NCBI RefSeq assembly: GCF_000237865.1
Contig: NC_017459.1
Span: 2,040,001 to 2,072,000, forward strand
Direction: 5' to 3'
DNA from: Haloquadratum walsbyi C23
GTDB lineage: Archaea > Halobacteriota > Halobacteria > Halobacteriales > Haloferacaceae
DNA length: 32,000 bases
Part shown: piece after piece, positions 16,841-25,503 of the stretch
Position numbering within the stretch: the stretch's first letter is position 1
Layout of the letters: the number at the start of each line of letters is the position of its first letter
Translations under genes and position numbers: made by a program
Notes under the pieces: generated by a model
What the model was told of the DNA's origin: nothing
Databases searched by the model: none
Seen by the model: only the letters and a program-made list of their open reading frames with translations

Positions 16841-17917
16841 GAGTATGTCTCAGCCTGTCCTGCTAAACCGATTAAATGAAGAAGTGGGAATCGAACTGCA
16901 CTTACTCAAGAATCATCCAGAGGAAATTGATCTAATCGATTTTGATTATGAGCACTATTCGTTAGATGTTCCAAACGTGAAAATACGGGGACACACCGCG
17001 CTCTGGATAACACAACATAAACTGCGGAAACGGTGGTGGGAGTATCTTAAACAACATTTGAGTAGCGATTTTGATCTTGTGATCGGAATGAACAATGTCG
17101 CAACTGCTGCCGTCGATGCTGCGAATGTATATGATATTCCGTCGCTGTTCTTTATCCGTAATCTTGCGGTCTCCGGGCAAGAGCAGTATTCTCCCGATCA
17201 GGGTTATCTCGCTAATTTCAAAACGGGTGATTTTGGTGCCAAAGTCCAGTACCCGTTTTTTGTGAAAAATTTCACCGAATATCAGCGTGGGATGGCGGAG
17301 TCAAGCCGAGTTATCGCGAACAGCGAGTATGTTTTGAAACGACTTCAGGAAGACTTTGGTGTCAACCCATCAGTTATCTATCCCCCAGTCCCATCAGACG
17401 ATTACAGAGTAGAAGAGAGAGAGATGGTGAATACATAGCGATGGTAAATCCAAGAAATCGTCATAAGAGAGGGGACATATTTCTTGATATTGTCGAAAGT
17501 ATGCCCTCAGAAGAGTTTCTTTCGGCAGGACTTTATCGAGGCTCAGATCTTAAGCAACGCGCTAACCGTCTTACAAACCTCACGCATATGGGCTGGTGTG
17601 ATGATATGCGATCGTTTTACAAACAGGCGAATATTGTTATTGTTCCATCACGGGGGAATGAAGCGTTCGGGCGGGCTGCTGCGGAACCAATGATTAGCGG
17701 GATTCCATGCGTGGTTAGTGATCGAGGAGGGTTGCCAGATGTAACCGACACGACTGGGAAAATAGTTTCCGATATTGAGTCGGTTGGGGCGTGGCAGAAA
17801 GCGATAGAAAGAGCATTGGATAATCACGATCCGGAGGCGCAGATGCGACGAGCGGAGCAATTTTCTGCAAAAAGACAAGGAGAAGAGCTGGTCCAAGTAA
17901 TAGAAGCAGTTACGTAG
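16835..17917 (+). pseudogene. GT4 glycosyltransferase pseudogene (3-prime part), paralog of 21648-22772, with an extra internal frameshift
   Basis: The two track ORFs (16824-17438 and 17441-17917) together align along the whole 374-aa paralog. Shared blocks are IPSLFFIRN/IPSLFFVRS, MVNPR, WCDDMR, VVPSR and GIPCVVSDRGGLPDV. The track start at 16824 lies inside the IS-A end. The frame changes within the GA-rich run GAAGAGAGAGAGATGG (17412-17427). Confidence 0.85.
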
Positions 17918-18020
17918 GGTCGTTTTACCTCTACAACAGAAACCTTTCTAATGACCCTCAACAATCCACATCATAATGAGTGATAGTGATTAGTGCAAGT
18001 ATTTACCGCCGTGATTATCC

Positions 18021-18296
18021 GTGTCAGTGATAGGAGCCGCTGAACCCGCGTCATTCGACACCGCCGGTAAAACTATTCGAAGTAATCACTATGAGACCGT
18101 TGAATTTGATACGGTAGGCTGGATCACAGACGAATGGTCAAAGCGGGGGATTACATGTAAAATTCGGCTCATAATCCCAACAATACTCTTTCTACTTTTT
18201 TATATTGTTTCTACTTTGGTGTTTGTATTTATTATCCTTCCAGCAAATATATACTATATGCTGCTAAATAAGCGAAAGGAAATTATTGAGAAATGA
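18021..18296 (+). CDS. Hypothetical small protein with one C-terminal hydrophobic segment (doubtful)
   Basis: GTG-initiated 91-aa ORF in AT-rich DNA. The hydrophobic stretch IRLIIPTILFLLFYIVSTLVFVFIILPANIYYML could simply reflect T-rich sequence. No recognisable motif. Confidence 0.25.
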   Translation: MSVIGAAEPASFDTAGKTIRSNHYETVEFDTVGWITDEWSKRGITCKIRLIIPTILFLLFYIVSTLVFVFIILPANIYYMLLNKRKEIIEK

Positions 18297-18324
18297 AGAC
18301 AAGTTACGTATGACCGCAGAACCC

Positions 18325-18331
18325 TTATATA
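18325..18331 (+). promoter_or_regulatory. Candidate TATA box TTATATA upstream of the FkbM-type methyltransferase
   Basis: Centre lies about 25 nt upstream of the second ATG (18353) and only about 16 nt upstream of the first ATG (18344). This suggests a leaderless transcript starting near 18353. Confidence 0.35.
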
Positions 18332-18343
18332 GGGTTTCCATCG

Positions 18344-19003
18344 ATGCTAAGTATGAAACCCTACAAAACAGTACGGAAGATATATAACAATACTATCAGA
18401 AAGAGCCTCCCCGAAAAAAAGCGCACTCTGGCAGGTGTTGCTGTTCACGACACACCTCTTTTCGATTTGTCCGCTGACAATCCCAGATATAAAATTGGCT
18501 TTCTGATGGCGATTCATGACAATATTTCGGAGGGGGATACTGTCGATATTATTGGTTTTGGCCGCGGCGTTTCCACAGTACATATCCTCCGAGCAGGAGC
18601 TAAGAAGGTAAACGCCTATGAGGCCGCTTCGGATATGATTACACTTGGTACCGATACCCTAAAGCGAAACGTGGACAGCAATACTGCCAAGGTTGAGATC
18701 AAGAACGCGGTGGTTGGGGAACCAGTTGATGTGTACGGTGATTATTCCGACGCGGATTTCATATCTCCCGGTGAGTTGTCAATGTCAGACGTGTTTGTTC
18801 TTGACTGTGAAGGAGCTGAAACAGATATTCTGTCGAATCTTGGAACGTACCCGAACACAATTATCTGTGAGACCCATCCGACGAAAGGCGCACCACCAGA
18901 AGCAATTGTTGATATCTTAGAAGACGAATACGAAACCTCAATTCGAGAACATAAGCTTTCAGAGCATCCGACGAAGATCGTTGTAGGACATCGGAAGGTG
19001 TAA
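18344..19003 (+). CDS. FkbM-family SAM-dependent methyltransferase (start may be the ATG at 18353)
   Basis: VDIIGFGRGVSTV (motif I-like) and VFVLDCEGAETDIL, which matches the FkbM hallmark hhxxDxEGxE. 219 aa. Confidence 0.65.
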   Translation: MLSMKPYKTVRKIYNNTIRKSLPEKKRTLAGVAVHDTPLFDLSADNPRYKIGFLMAIHDNISEGDTVDIIGFGRGVSTVHILRAGAKKVNAYEAASDMITLGTDTLKRNVDSNTAKVEIKNAVVGEPVDVYGDYSDADFISPGELSMSDVFVLDCEGAETDILSNLGTYPNTIICETHPTKGAPPEAIVDILEDEYETSIREHKLSEHPTKIVVGHRKV

Positions 19004-19094
19004 TCCCACTACTTGCTGGTTATCAATCTAGGATTCAAAATGACGTACCAATTATAACGTTAAGTGAGAAGAAACTTATGACGTGTACTAGAAA

Positions 19095-19771
19095 TTAGAG
19101 TTTCTTTTCATCAATAATAAACTTCCTCGTACCAGTTTCCCACCGAACTTTCGTTTCAAACGAGTTCGCTTGGAGAAGGTCTTCAATTTCTCCCAAATCG
19201 TCTTTTTCATGCAGCTCAATCAAAACGCATCGCACATTTTGAAGAGCCTGCGTCATGCCCATTAAACCACTGAGCTCATGCCCTCAACGTCGATTTTTAC
19301 GATATCTGGTCGGGGAAGTATATCATCCCCTTTCACAAGAGAGGTTTCATATGACCCCTCAACAGAAACCGATCCCCCTCCAGCACCAGCATACTCCTCC
19401 GAAACATCAAGATAAGCAGTCCCTTCCTCTTTTGAGAGAGCTATAGAGCGAATATCTATGTCAGACTCGGTTAAATTCGCGTTTTCTTGTAACCGGTTTA
19501 TATTCGCTAGATGAGGTTCGAACGCAACAACCTGTTCAGCAAATGGACCGGCAAAAAGTGAGTAGGTGCCGATATTCGCTCCGATGTCCCAAACCACGTC
19601 GGAGGATTTGATCTGGTTGATGAACGATTCAAGCACTGGTTTTTCACCGCTGAAGGTTGTAACCCGCTTCAGCTCACCCCTGCTTCCGATAATGAATCTC
19701 GTTGATTCGCCCCTGATTTCACGTTTGGCAGGGAGATCAAAGAGTGACCGAAGGTAGTATTCGATGTCCAT
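19095..19771 (-). pseudogene. FkbM-family methyltransferase with a single frameshift just after the DVEG motif
   Basis: The track ORF 19262-19771 ends ...VVWDIGANIGTYSLFAG...DIVKIDVEGMSSVV-stop. In another frame the sequence continues LSGLMGMTQALQNVRCVLIELHEKDDLGEIEDLLQANSFETKVRWETGTRKFIIDEKKL-stop (to 19095). That is the expected FkbM C-terminus, consistent with loss of one nucleotide in ATG(G)AGCTC at about 19270-19280. Confidence 0.75.
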
Positions 19772-20072
19772 CCCGCCATTCCACCAGAATAGTCGATAAG
19801 CTCCTTTAGCAAGTCCAGAAGGGTCTTCATCACGAAGAAGTTGAGTTGACCGCCTGATGATACTCTATCTGCTTCGTTCTTTCAAATAAACGCGTTGTGG
19901 TTTGTAAAGAGTGAAAGGGTGAAAATCCCAAGTATATTGCATTACAAGAGTTCTATTAAATCCGGTGACGCGGCGCTGTCTAGTTCAGGGAATTTGAGAA
20001 ATGAACAGTCATAGTGAGCGGTGGTTATGACATTCGTGGACCTGTTCAAAATAGTATCACGTGTGGATCGTA

Positions 20073-21147
20073 GAGGGTGCCATACAAGGGTTCTCACACC
20101 GTGATCACGGTACTTCCCGGATTGTCTCCTCGTTCGTAGTTGGTGATTGCGACGACGAGGCGCAGACACAACGCGAGGAACACCTACGCTCGTGAATGGA
20201 CGCGGCCTCGGGCGTGCGTTCGCCCGAGACCGCAGCCCTTGACTGATTCGTTGGTTCGTTCGACGCCACTCCGGCGGTTGTACGTCTCGTCTAGCGTTGA
20301 TTGCTTCAGCTGAACGTCATTGCTGTGTTTTTCGATGCGGTCTTCTACCCCGTACTCGATGTTTTTCGGGTCGTCGGTGTTTCGTGGATTGTACGGAGCG
20401 ACTGGCACGACCCCTGCGGTCAGCAGGTGGTCGTGCCACTCGAGCGTGTCGTAAGCGCTGTCTCCAAGCATCCAGATCGGTTTCTCGACGGCGAGTGCGT
20501 CACGCGTGACGCGCATCGCCGTCTCTTCTGGTGCTTGTTTGCTCTCGGTGAACTCGGCTGCAATCGGGATCTTTTGCCCGGTCGAGACGATCGTGCAGCC
20601 GTAGCCGTAGCCGTAGTAGTACTCGTCATCGGTTGGATCAGAGCACTTCGATGCGTCTGGATCGGCGGGCATTGCTCTCACATCGGTTGAATCGATAGAA
20701 TACGTTAACTCGAGCAGGCCCCGCAAGGCGACCTGCTCGACGAGATGGTCGAAGACCCGGTCGACGACGTGCTCAAGATCAGTGAGAAAGCGATCGACCG
20801 CATCTCTTGACAGCGGTCGATCGAAGCCACAGCTGAGCCAGACAACGGTGTTGTTCAGTTTCCGTGCAACCGGACGGATGCCGTAGATGTTCTTGTAATA
20901 GCAATGGAGAAAGCCACGCATCATCTCGGGCGGCTCAAGATCTCGTGTTCGCCCCATCTTCGCCGGGGCGAACACGTCGAACTCTTCAAGAAACTCGAAG
21001 GAGAGATGCTCGAACAATGCCAACGTCTCCGTTTCCACGACATTGAAGAACGATTCTACCGAAGGATCATCTTGCAGGGTCGCTGAACTCATTCCACCTC
21101 AGCGTTCACCCTGCTCTTTGGTATGCGAACTGTTCTATGACACCCTC
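20073..21147 (-). mobile_element. IS-A copy 2: uninterrupted 1075-bp IS4/IS5-type insertion sequence
   Basis: Terminal inverted repeats GAGGGTGCCATACAAGGG and GAGGGTGTCATAGAACAG (reverse complement). Flanked by a 9/10 direct repeat, GTGGATCGTA (20063-20072) and GTGGATTGTA (21148-21157). It has (GCCGTA)3 where copy 1 has (GCCGTA)2. Confidence 0.9.
20094..21092 (-). pseudogene. IS-A copy 2 transposase truncated by a nonsense codon (TAG at 20184-20186, CAG in copy 1)
   Basis: The track ORF 20184-21092 (302 aa) ends ...RVHSRA-stop. Copy 1 reads ...RVHSRAQVFLALCLRLV..., and the same frame in copy 2 continues VFLALCLRLVVAITNYERGDNPGSTVITV-stop at 20094-20096. DDE regions are SIDSTDV, MLGDSAYD and YNRRSGVERTNESVK. 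Confidence 0.8.
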
Positions 21148-21647
21148 GTGGATTGTAATGAAATTTGGGAGGATGAGCGGACCCCGACACCTGTCAGGGC
21201 GTTCGGGGTCCGGCTCCATTCGATGGGGCTGTCGGTGCAGGAAGTCGCCGCCGTGTTGGAGTTACTTGGCGTTGATCGCTCTCACGGGGCGGTCTAGAAC
21301 TGGACGCACGACCTCGCTAATCCCAGGCCGACCCGCCGACGGCTGGAGCTCAACTACTGTATCAGCGGCTACGCTCGTCTGATACTCGCGCATAATTGCA
21401 AGAGATAAGCGTTATACTGTAAATATCCGAAAATACCCCCGCTAAAACTAAAACGAATGATACAGCACCACCGAGTTTAATACAACGCTATGCATTATTC
21501 TTGACATGGCCTCAATCACCCTTTTTGATAGCCGTCCTCTAAGCCGATCCTGCCTCGAAATACCGAGGAACTGGATGTTACAAATCAACTGTCTTTCGAT
21601 AGGCGATTGACGAAGGCTTTGTTCGAGAGAGAAGATCAAGAATCATT

Positions 21648-22772
21648 ATGCATATCGCCGTCTCATATAATAAATTCGGAACGTCAAAATCAGGAGGTGC
21701 ACGAGAGTCTTTGCTGACATTACTCAAGGGAGTTGCCGAACAAAAAGACATCACTGTTGATGTCTACCAAACTCCGCCCGTTGATGATCCACCTGAAACG
21801 AACTTCGAGTACTCTATTCACGAACGTGAGTTGCACGAGATTCCGAAACTCACATGGATGAATCAAGTATTCACTCGACGTCAGTGGGGTAGATACCTAA
21901 AAAAACAATTAACGCCGGATCACGAGCTCCTGATTACACAGAACGCGCTGGCTCCAGTTTCGGTTCAGATCGCTGCTGAATTTGAAATTCCGTCCTTATT
22001 CTTTGTACGAAGTATGGCGTTGACAGGATACGAAAAATACGACCCATCCTGTAACTACCTCTCGAACTTCGTGAACACTGATATTGGAGGCCGCATTCAG
22101 TATCACTTCCTCTGGAAGAACTTTCAGGAGTACAAACGAGCGGCGCAGCTGGCAACATACACGATCGCGAACAGCGAGTTTACTGCAGGTTTGATCGACG
22201 AATTATTTGATGTAGAAGGACCCATCATCAATCCACCAATCGAACTGGAAGAATATCGGGTAGAGTACAATCCAAACGGCTTTATTACAATGGTTAACCC
22301 TCGAGCAGCGTACAAGGGCGCAGATATATTTCTTGACATCGCTGACGAGATGCCTGATGAAGAGTTCTTGTTGGTTGGACCGATTTCGTCTTCAGAAATC
22401 AAATCATGGGCCCAACAGGCTCAGAACGTCCGTCATTGGGAATGGTGTGACGATATGCGAGAAGCATATTCTGTAACAAAATTGGTGGTTGTGCCATCGC
22501 GGTGGGAGGAACCGTTTGGACGTGTGCCAGCTGAAGCGATGGTAAGTGGGATTCCGTGCGTGGTTAGCGATCGTGGAGGGCTCCCGGATGTGGTTGGTGA
22601 AACTGGAGTAATAGTGGATGATATTGAATCAGTCAAATACTGGAAAGATGCTATTAATCATGCACTCACTAATACCAACGAAGATGCGCAAAAAAACCGG
22701 GTTATTCAGTATTCAGCCGAGCAACAGGTACGATCACTAACTGAAATTATAGATGATGCTCAGGACTTGTAG
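21648..22772 (+). CDS. Glycosyltransferase family 4 (intact paralog of the pseudogene at 16835-17917), 374 aa
   Basis: E-x7-E region VVPSRWEEPFGRVPAEAMVSGIPCVVSDRGGLPDVVGETG, with a GT-B two-domain length. ATG start at 21648 after an AT-rich leader. Confidence 0.85.
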   Translation: MHIAVSYNKFGTSKSGGARESLLTLLKGVAEQKDITVDVYQTPPVDDPPETNFEYSIHERELHEIPKLTWMNQVFTRRQWGRYLKKQLTPDHELLITQNALAPVSVQIAAEFEIPSLFFVRSMALTGYEKYDPSCNYLSNFVNTDIGGRIQYHFLWKNFQEYKRAAQLATYTIANSEFTAGLIDELFDVEGPIINPPIELEEYRVEYNPNGFITMVNPRAAYKGADIFLDIADEMPDEEFLLVGPISSSEIKSWAQQAQNVRHWEWCDDMREAYSVTKLVVVPSRWEEPFGRVPAEAMVSGIPCVVSDRGGLPDVVGETGVIVDDIESVKYWKDAINHALTNTNEDAQKNRVIQYSAEQQVRSLTEIIDDAQDL

Positions 22773-23009
22773 CTCTAAGGTGACAATCCCTAGCCGAAGC
22801 CCTGCAGGGATGAATGTCAAGATGTAATAGCAAAAGAGTTGAATCGTGGTAGTGCTGTACCTCCAGCGTCGCTAAATCCAATACCGCCACTCGTGTATAA
22901 TAAGTCAGTGTGAGTCGTTGACTCAAGAAATGACTGACGACCGTCGTCAGTTTGATCTACCTCATAGACGGAGTACCGTCGGTTCCCCATTCGAGCTCGA
23001 CTTCGTACC

Positions 23010-24010
23010 ACGTCTCAGAAGTACCGATATTGTACTATTGCTTTGTGAGGTGCCGTCTACTCGAAGGACGATGCGTTGCAAACTATCTCTAAAATCAAGA
23101 ACTTCCACTCGAAGTCGCTGAACGGTGTCCTATTCGAACTGTTCGCTGCGTTGAGTGGGTTAATTTTGATCGACTGGCTGCGGCAACGCCACCCGGTAGA
23201 AAGGTGGCGTGCCGCGAACCGTCCAGAAAGTTCGCACTCACTGTCACTGAAATAATTCGTTGGATTCGTTCGGTTGAACTCATCTCATTCGGTCAGGTCA
23301 GCCGTCGCCGAAAGCGACGGCTTTGATCAGAACCGGTCGAAACACGTCGACTGATCTGAACATCGCTTCACTCACCGCTTCAGCTCGGTTGAAATCTTGC
23401 CTGATGGAATGGTTTTCGCTCAAGCAGCGAACTCACTCTGACTTTCGAAAAGTCGCTCTCTCGGTGGCTTTATTAACTCGAAACGCGAGAGATTTTCTTC
23501 ATGTCTCAGTTTAATATTGCTATCGGATCGAAATTTACTGCGATATTCTTTATGATTCTCAGAGGGATGAGGACGTATGACATATGTGAACCGATTTAAA
23601 TTTTCTTGGAGATACTTTATCGACTCAATAAATTGTTCATATAGTTGATTCTCATGTGTAATCTTACTACTGTCACTTTTTCCAAGGTATCTTCATTAAA
23701 TGGATTAGCGCTGGTAAAATTTGTATTTATTAATATATACTGATTGTGCTCTTTTCGATATCTGTGTGCCTCCGAATCGTATATTCCTCGAAGATCCTGC
23801 TGTAGTAAATCAAATCGCGGGTTTCCAGTCACGCAAACCCGCTTGTCTGGTGATCCTCCTTCATTAATTGCAATCTCAGCAGGGTGGTGCCCCCAGGCTA
23901 AGAAATAATCGACATACTGAAGAATTTGTGATGACAGATGTTTTTATACTCTTCATCTGATCTGAACATCCCTGCTTCAGTATCCGGACAAAAAATTCTT
24001 GACTTATGCT
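23010..24010 (-). pseudogene. Decayed, N-terminally truncated tandem paralog of the 24089-25462 gene
   Basis: Minus-strand fragments in shifting frames align to the neighbour (fragment vs neighbour):
- CPDTEAGMFRSDEEY vs CGLDTEGAVFESIDRF
- YVDYFLAWGHHPAEIA...VCVTGNPRFDLL vs HIDAFYAWGEKPASAV...IHVTGNPRFDLL
- YILINTNFTSANPF vs FILINGNFSSANPW
- FIESIKYLQENLNRFTYVIRPHPSE vs FIEVIYHLQTEFPETHIVIRPHPSE
- AVSEAMFRSVDVFRPV vs GIESAMMGTPVVSYRPV
Multiple stops and frameshifts are present. The end coordinates are approximate. Confidence 0.7.
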
Positions 24011-24088
24011 ATTCAATCTGGCGATACAATCTCTCATGACCTAGGCGATAATACATACTATCACCAAATCCCGTTCGGTTAAATACAA

Positions 24089-25462
24089 CTATTCAGGTCT
24101 AAGATAATAAGTATTGTTTGTCCGCGGAACCTGTTTGACCGAGACAGCGTCTATTTCGAGGAGTGGTTTCATCTGCTCAATAGTGTCGATGACTTCGTGT
24201 CTGTCTAATATAGGGAACTTCTGTCTGCGATATTGTCGTTGCTCCGGAATGGATTCGTCGCCGATGACTTTGTGAAAGCCATCGTAAGCAGCGATAGCCT
24301 GATTATGCAAGCTAGAGCTTTTGATACGCTGCTTCAATGAGTCGGCTAAATTTGGTTCTAGTAGGTCGTAGTTTCGCTGCTTGGTCGTATCAAGTGATTC
24401 AATAACGTCACACATGAGCTCAGCAGCTGATCCGTTGATGTTGTAGAAGCACTGTTTGAGTTCATTTGTCTGCTCGTCGGTCATCTTGTATGAATCATCA
24501 GCTTCAAGCCATGCAGCAATATATTCCGTAAGACCTCTTCGAGACAGCGCTTCGTGGCTTACAATTTGAGGCAGTCGCGATTCGTACTCCTCGTTTTGAA
24601 CTGGTCGGTACGACACGACAGGCGTACCCATCATTGCGCTCTCGATCCCTGTGGTGCAGTCGTGGTGAATTACGACACTCGAACCCGCGATCCAGTCTCG
24701 GACATCTCTAGCGTCCTCAACGTGTATGTGTTCATATTTTCTGAATGCCGCTTCATACGTTTCGTTCTCTTCTGATGGATGTGGACGGATGACGATATGC
24801 GTCTCTGGGAATTCCGTTTGAAGATGGTATATCACCTCGATAAACAAATGGAAAATGCGATTATTGTAGCTTATTCTCGAACTACTGGATGGATCATAAA
24901 CTTCCTCTGAGCTGTTTATCAACTTCTCACTCCATGGGTTTGCACTCGAAAAGTTCCCGTTGATGAGGATGAATCGCCCATATTTTTCAATAAGTGTTTT
25001 TGCCCGCTCTTTATAAATAAAACGGCGATTGGGGTGAAGAAGATCAAATCGCGGATTCCCAGTCACGTGTATTTTGTCAGTGCCTGAATAATGCTTCCGT
25101 ACCGCACTTGCGGGCTTCTCACCCCACGCATAAAACGCATCGATATGATTGAGTAACTCTGTCTTGTTGATTGCGAATCGATCTATCGACTCGAATACGG
25201 CGCCTTCTGTATCAAGTCCACAGACTGTAATCCCTGCATCATCCATCTGTTTGAGGAATTCAATGTTTCCGTCTCCAGGATCCTTCGTGATGTGTATGTC
25301 CGGCTTTATTATTTCCAGAGCGTGTCGAATTTCGAAAGAGGGTCCGAGGACTACGCTGTAACCGCGCTCTACCGCATTTAATCCGACCCAGAGTTTCCCG
25401 TCAAACTCTCGTATCTTCGTCTCAATAGGTATAGATATTATTTTTTGATTATGATTATTCAT
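24089..25462 (-). CDS. Putative surface-polysaccharide transferase (GT-B-like; TagF/CDP-glycerol glycerophosphotransferase-like or 'surface carbohydrate biosynthesis protein' type), 457 aa
   Basis: N-terminus IISIPIETKIREFDGKLWVGLNAVERGYSVVLG, then VTGNPRFDLL and HIVIRPHPSEE blocks. These recall the TagF/KpsS-like families. The assignment is from memory of family patterns only. The track start at 25465 is a TTG and the ATG is at 25462. Confidence 0.55.
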   Translation of the reverse strand: MNNHNQKIISIPIETKIREFDGKLWVGLNAVERGYSVVLGPSFEIRHALEIIKPDIHITKDPGDGNIEFLKQMDDAGITVCGLDTEGAVFESIDRFAINKTELLNHIDAFYAWGEKPASAVRKHYSGTDKIHVTGNPRFDLLHPNRRFIYKERAKTLIEKYGRFILINGNFSSANPWSEKLINSSEEVYDPSSSSRISYNNRIFHLFIEVIYHLQTEFPETHIVIRPHPSEENETYEAAFRKYEHIHVEDARDVRDWIAGSSVVIHHDCTTGIESAMMGTPVVSYRPVQNEEYESRLPQIVSHEALSRRGLTEYIAAWLEADDSYKMTDEQTNELKQCFYNINGSAAELMCDVIESLDTTKQRNYDLLEPNLADSLKQRIKSSSLHNQAIAAYDGFHKVIGDESIPEQRQYRRQKFPILDRHEVIDTIEQMKPLLEIDAVSVKQVPRTNNTYYLRPE

Positions 25463-25494
25463 CAATTAAATATATTTCTGTTGTCGCATTTTGA

Positions 25495-25503
25495 GTATTT
25501 AAA
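25495..25503 (-). promoter_or_regulatory. Candidate TATA box (TTTAAATAC on minus strand) about 37 nt upstream of the ATG at 25462
   Basis: Sequence read directly. It lies in the 200-bp stretch left between IS-D and the gene start. The spacing fits a short-leader archaeal transcript. Confidence 0.4.

Larger units (their letters stand above)
20027..21385 (+). pseudogene. IS6-family transposase N-terminal remnant, interrupted by IS-A copy 2, with an in-frame TAG and a later frame change
   Basis: Joining 20027-20072 to 21158 onward gives MTFVDLFKIVSRVDRNEIWEDERTPTPVRAFGVRLHSMGLSVQEVAAVLELLGVDRSHGAV-stop(TAG where W is expected)-NWTHDLA, then in another frame SQADPPTA. This matches the haloarchaeal IS6 N-terminal pattern ERTP...GV.LH..GLS...V..LE.LGV.RS..AV..W as I recall it. 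The catalytic domain is absent and the 3-prime limit is approximate. Confidence 0.6.

Noticed and set aside
23301-23321. Perfect 8-bp stem hairpin GCCGTCGC-CGAAA-GCGACGGC followed by TTT, resembling an intrinsic terminator, with a second nested palindrome at 23324-23357
   Set aside because: It lies inside the decayed paralog (it translates as part of ...KAVAFGDG...), and no intact gene ends nearby on that strand. Archaeal termination does not need hairpins. It could still be checked with transcript 3-prime-end data.
23351-23970. Exact 14-mer CTGATCTGAACATC present at 23351-23364 and 23957-23970
   Set aside because: Both copies lie in the same pseudogene and encode similar (A/G)MFRS peptides. 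A single exact 14-mer repeat is about what chance predicts in 32 kb on two strands.
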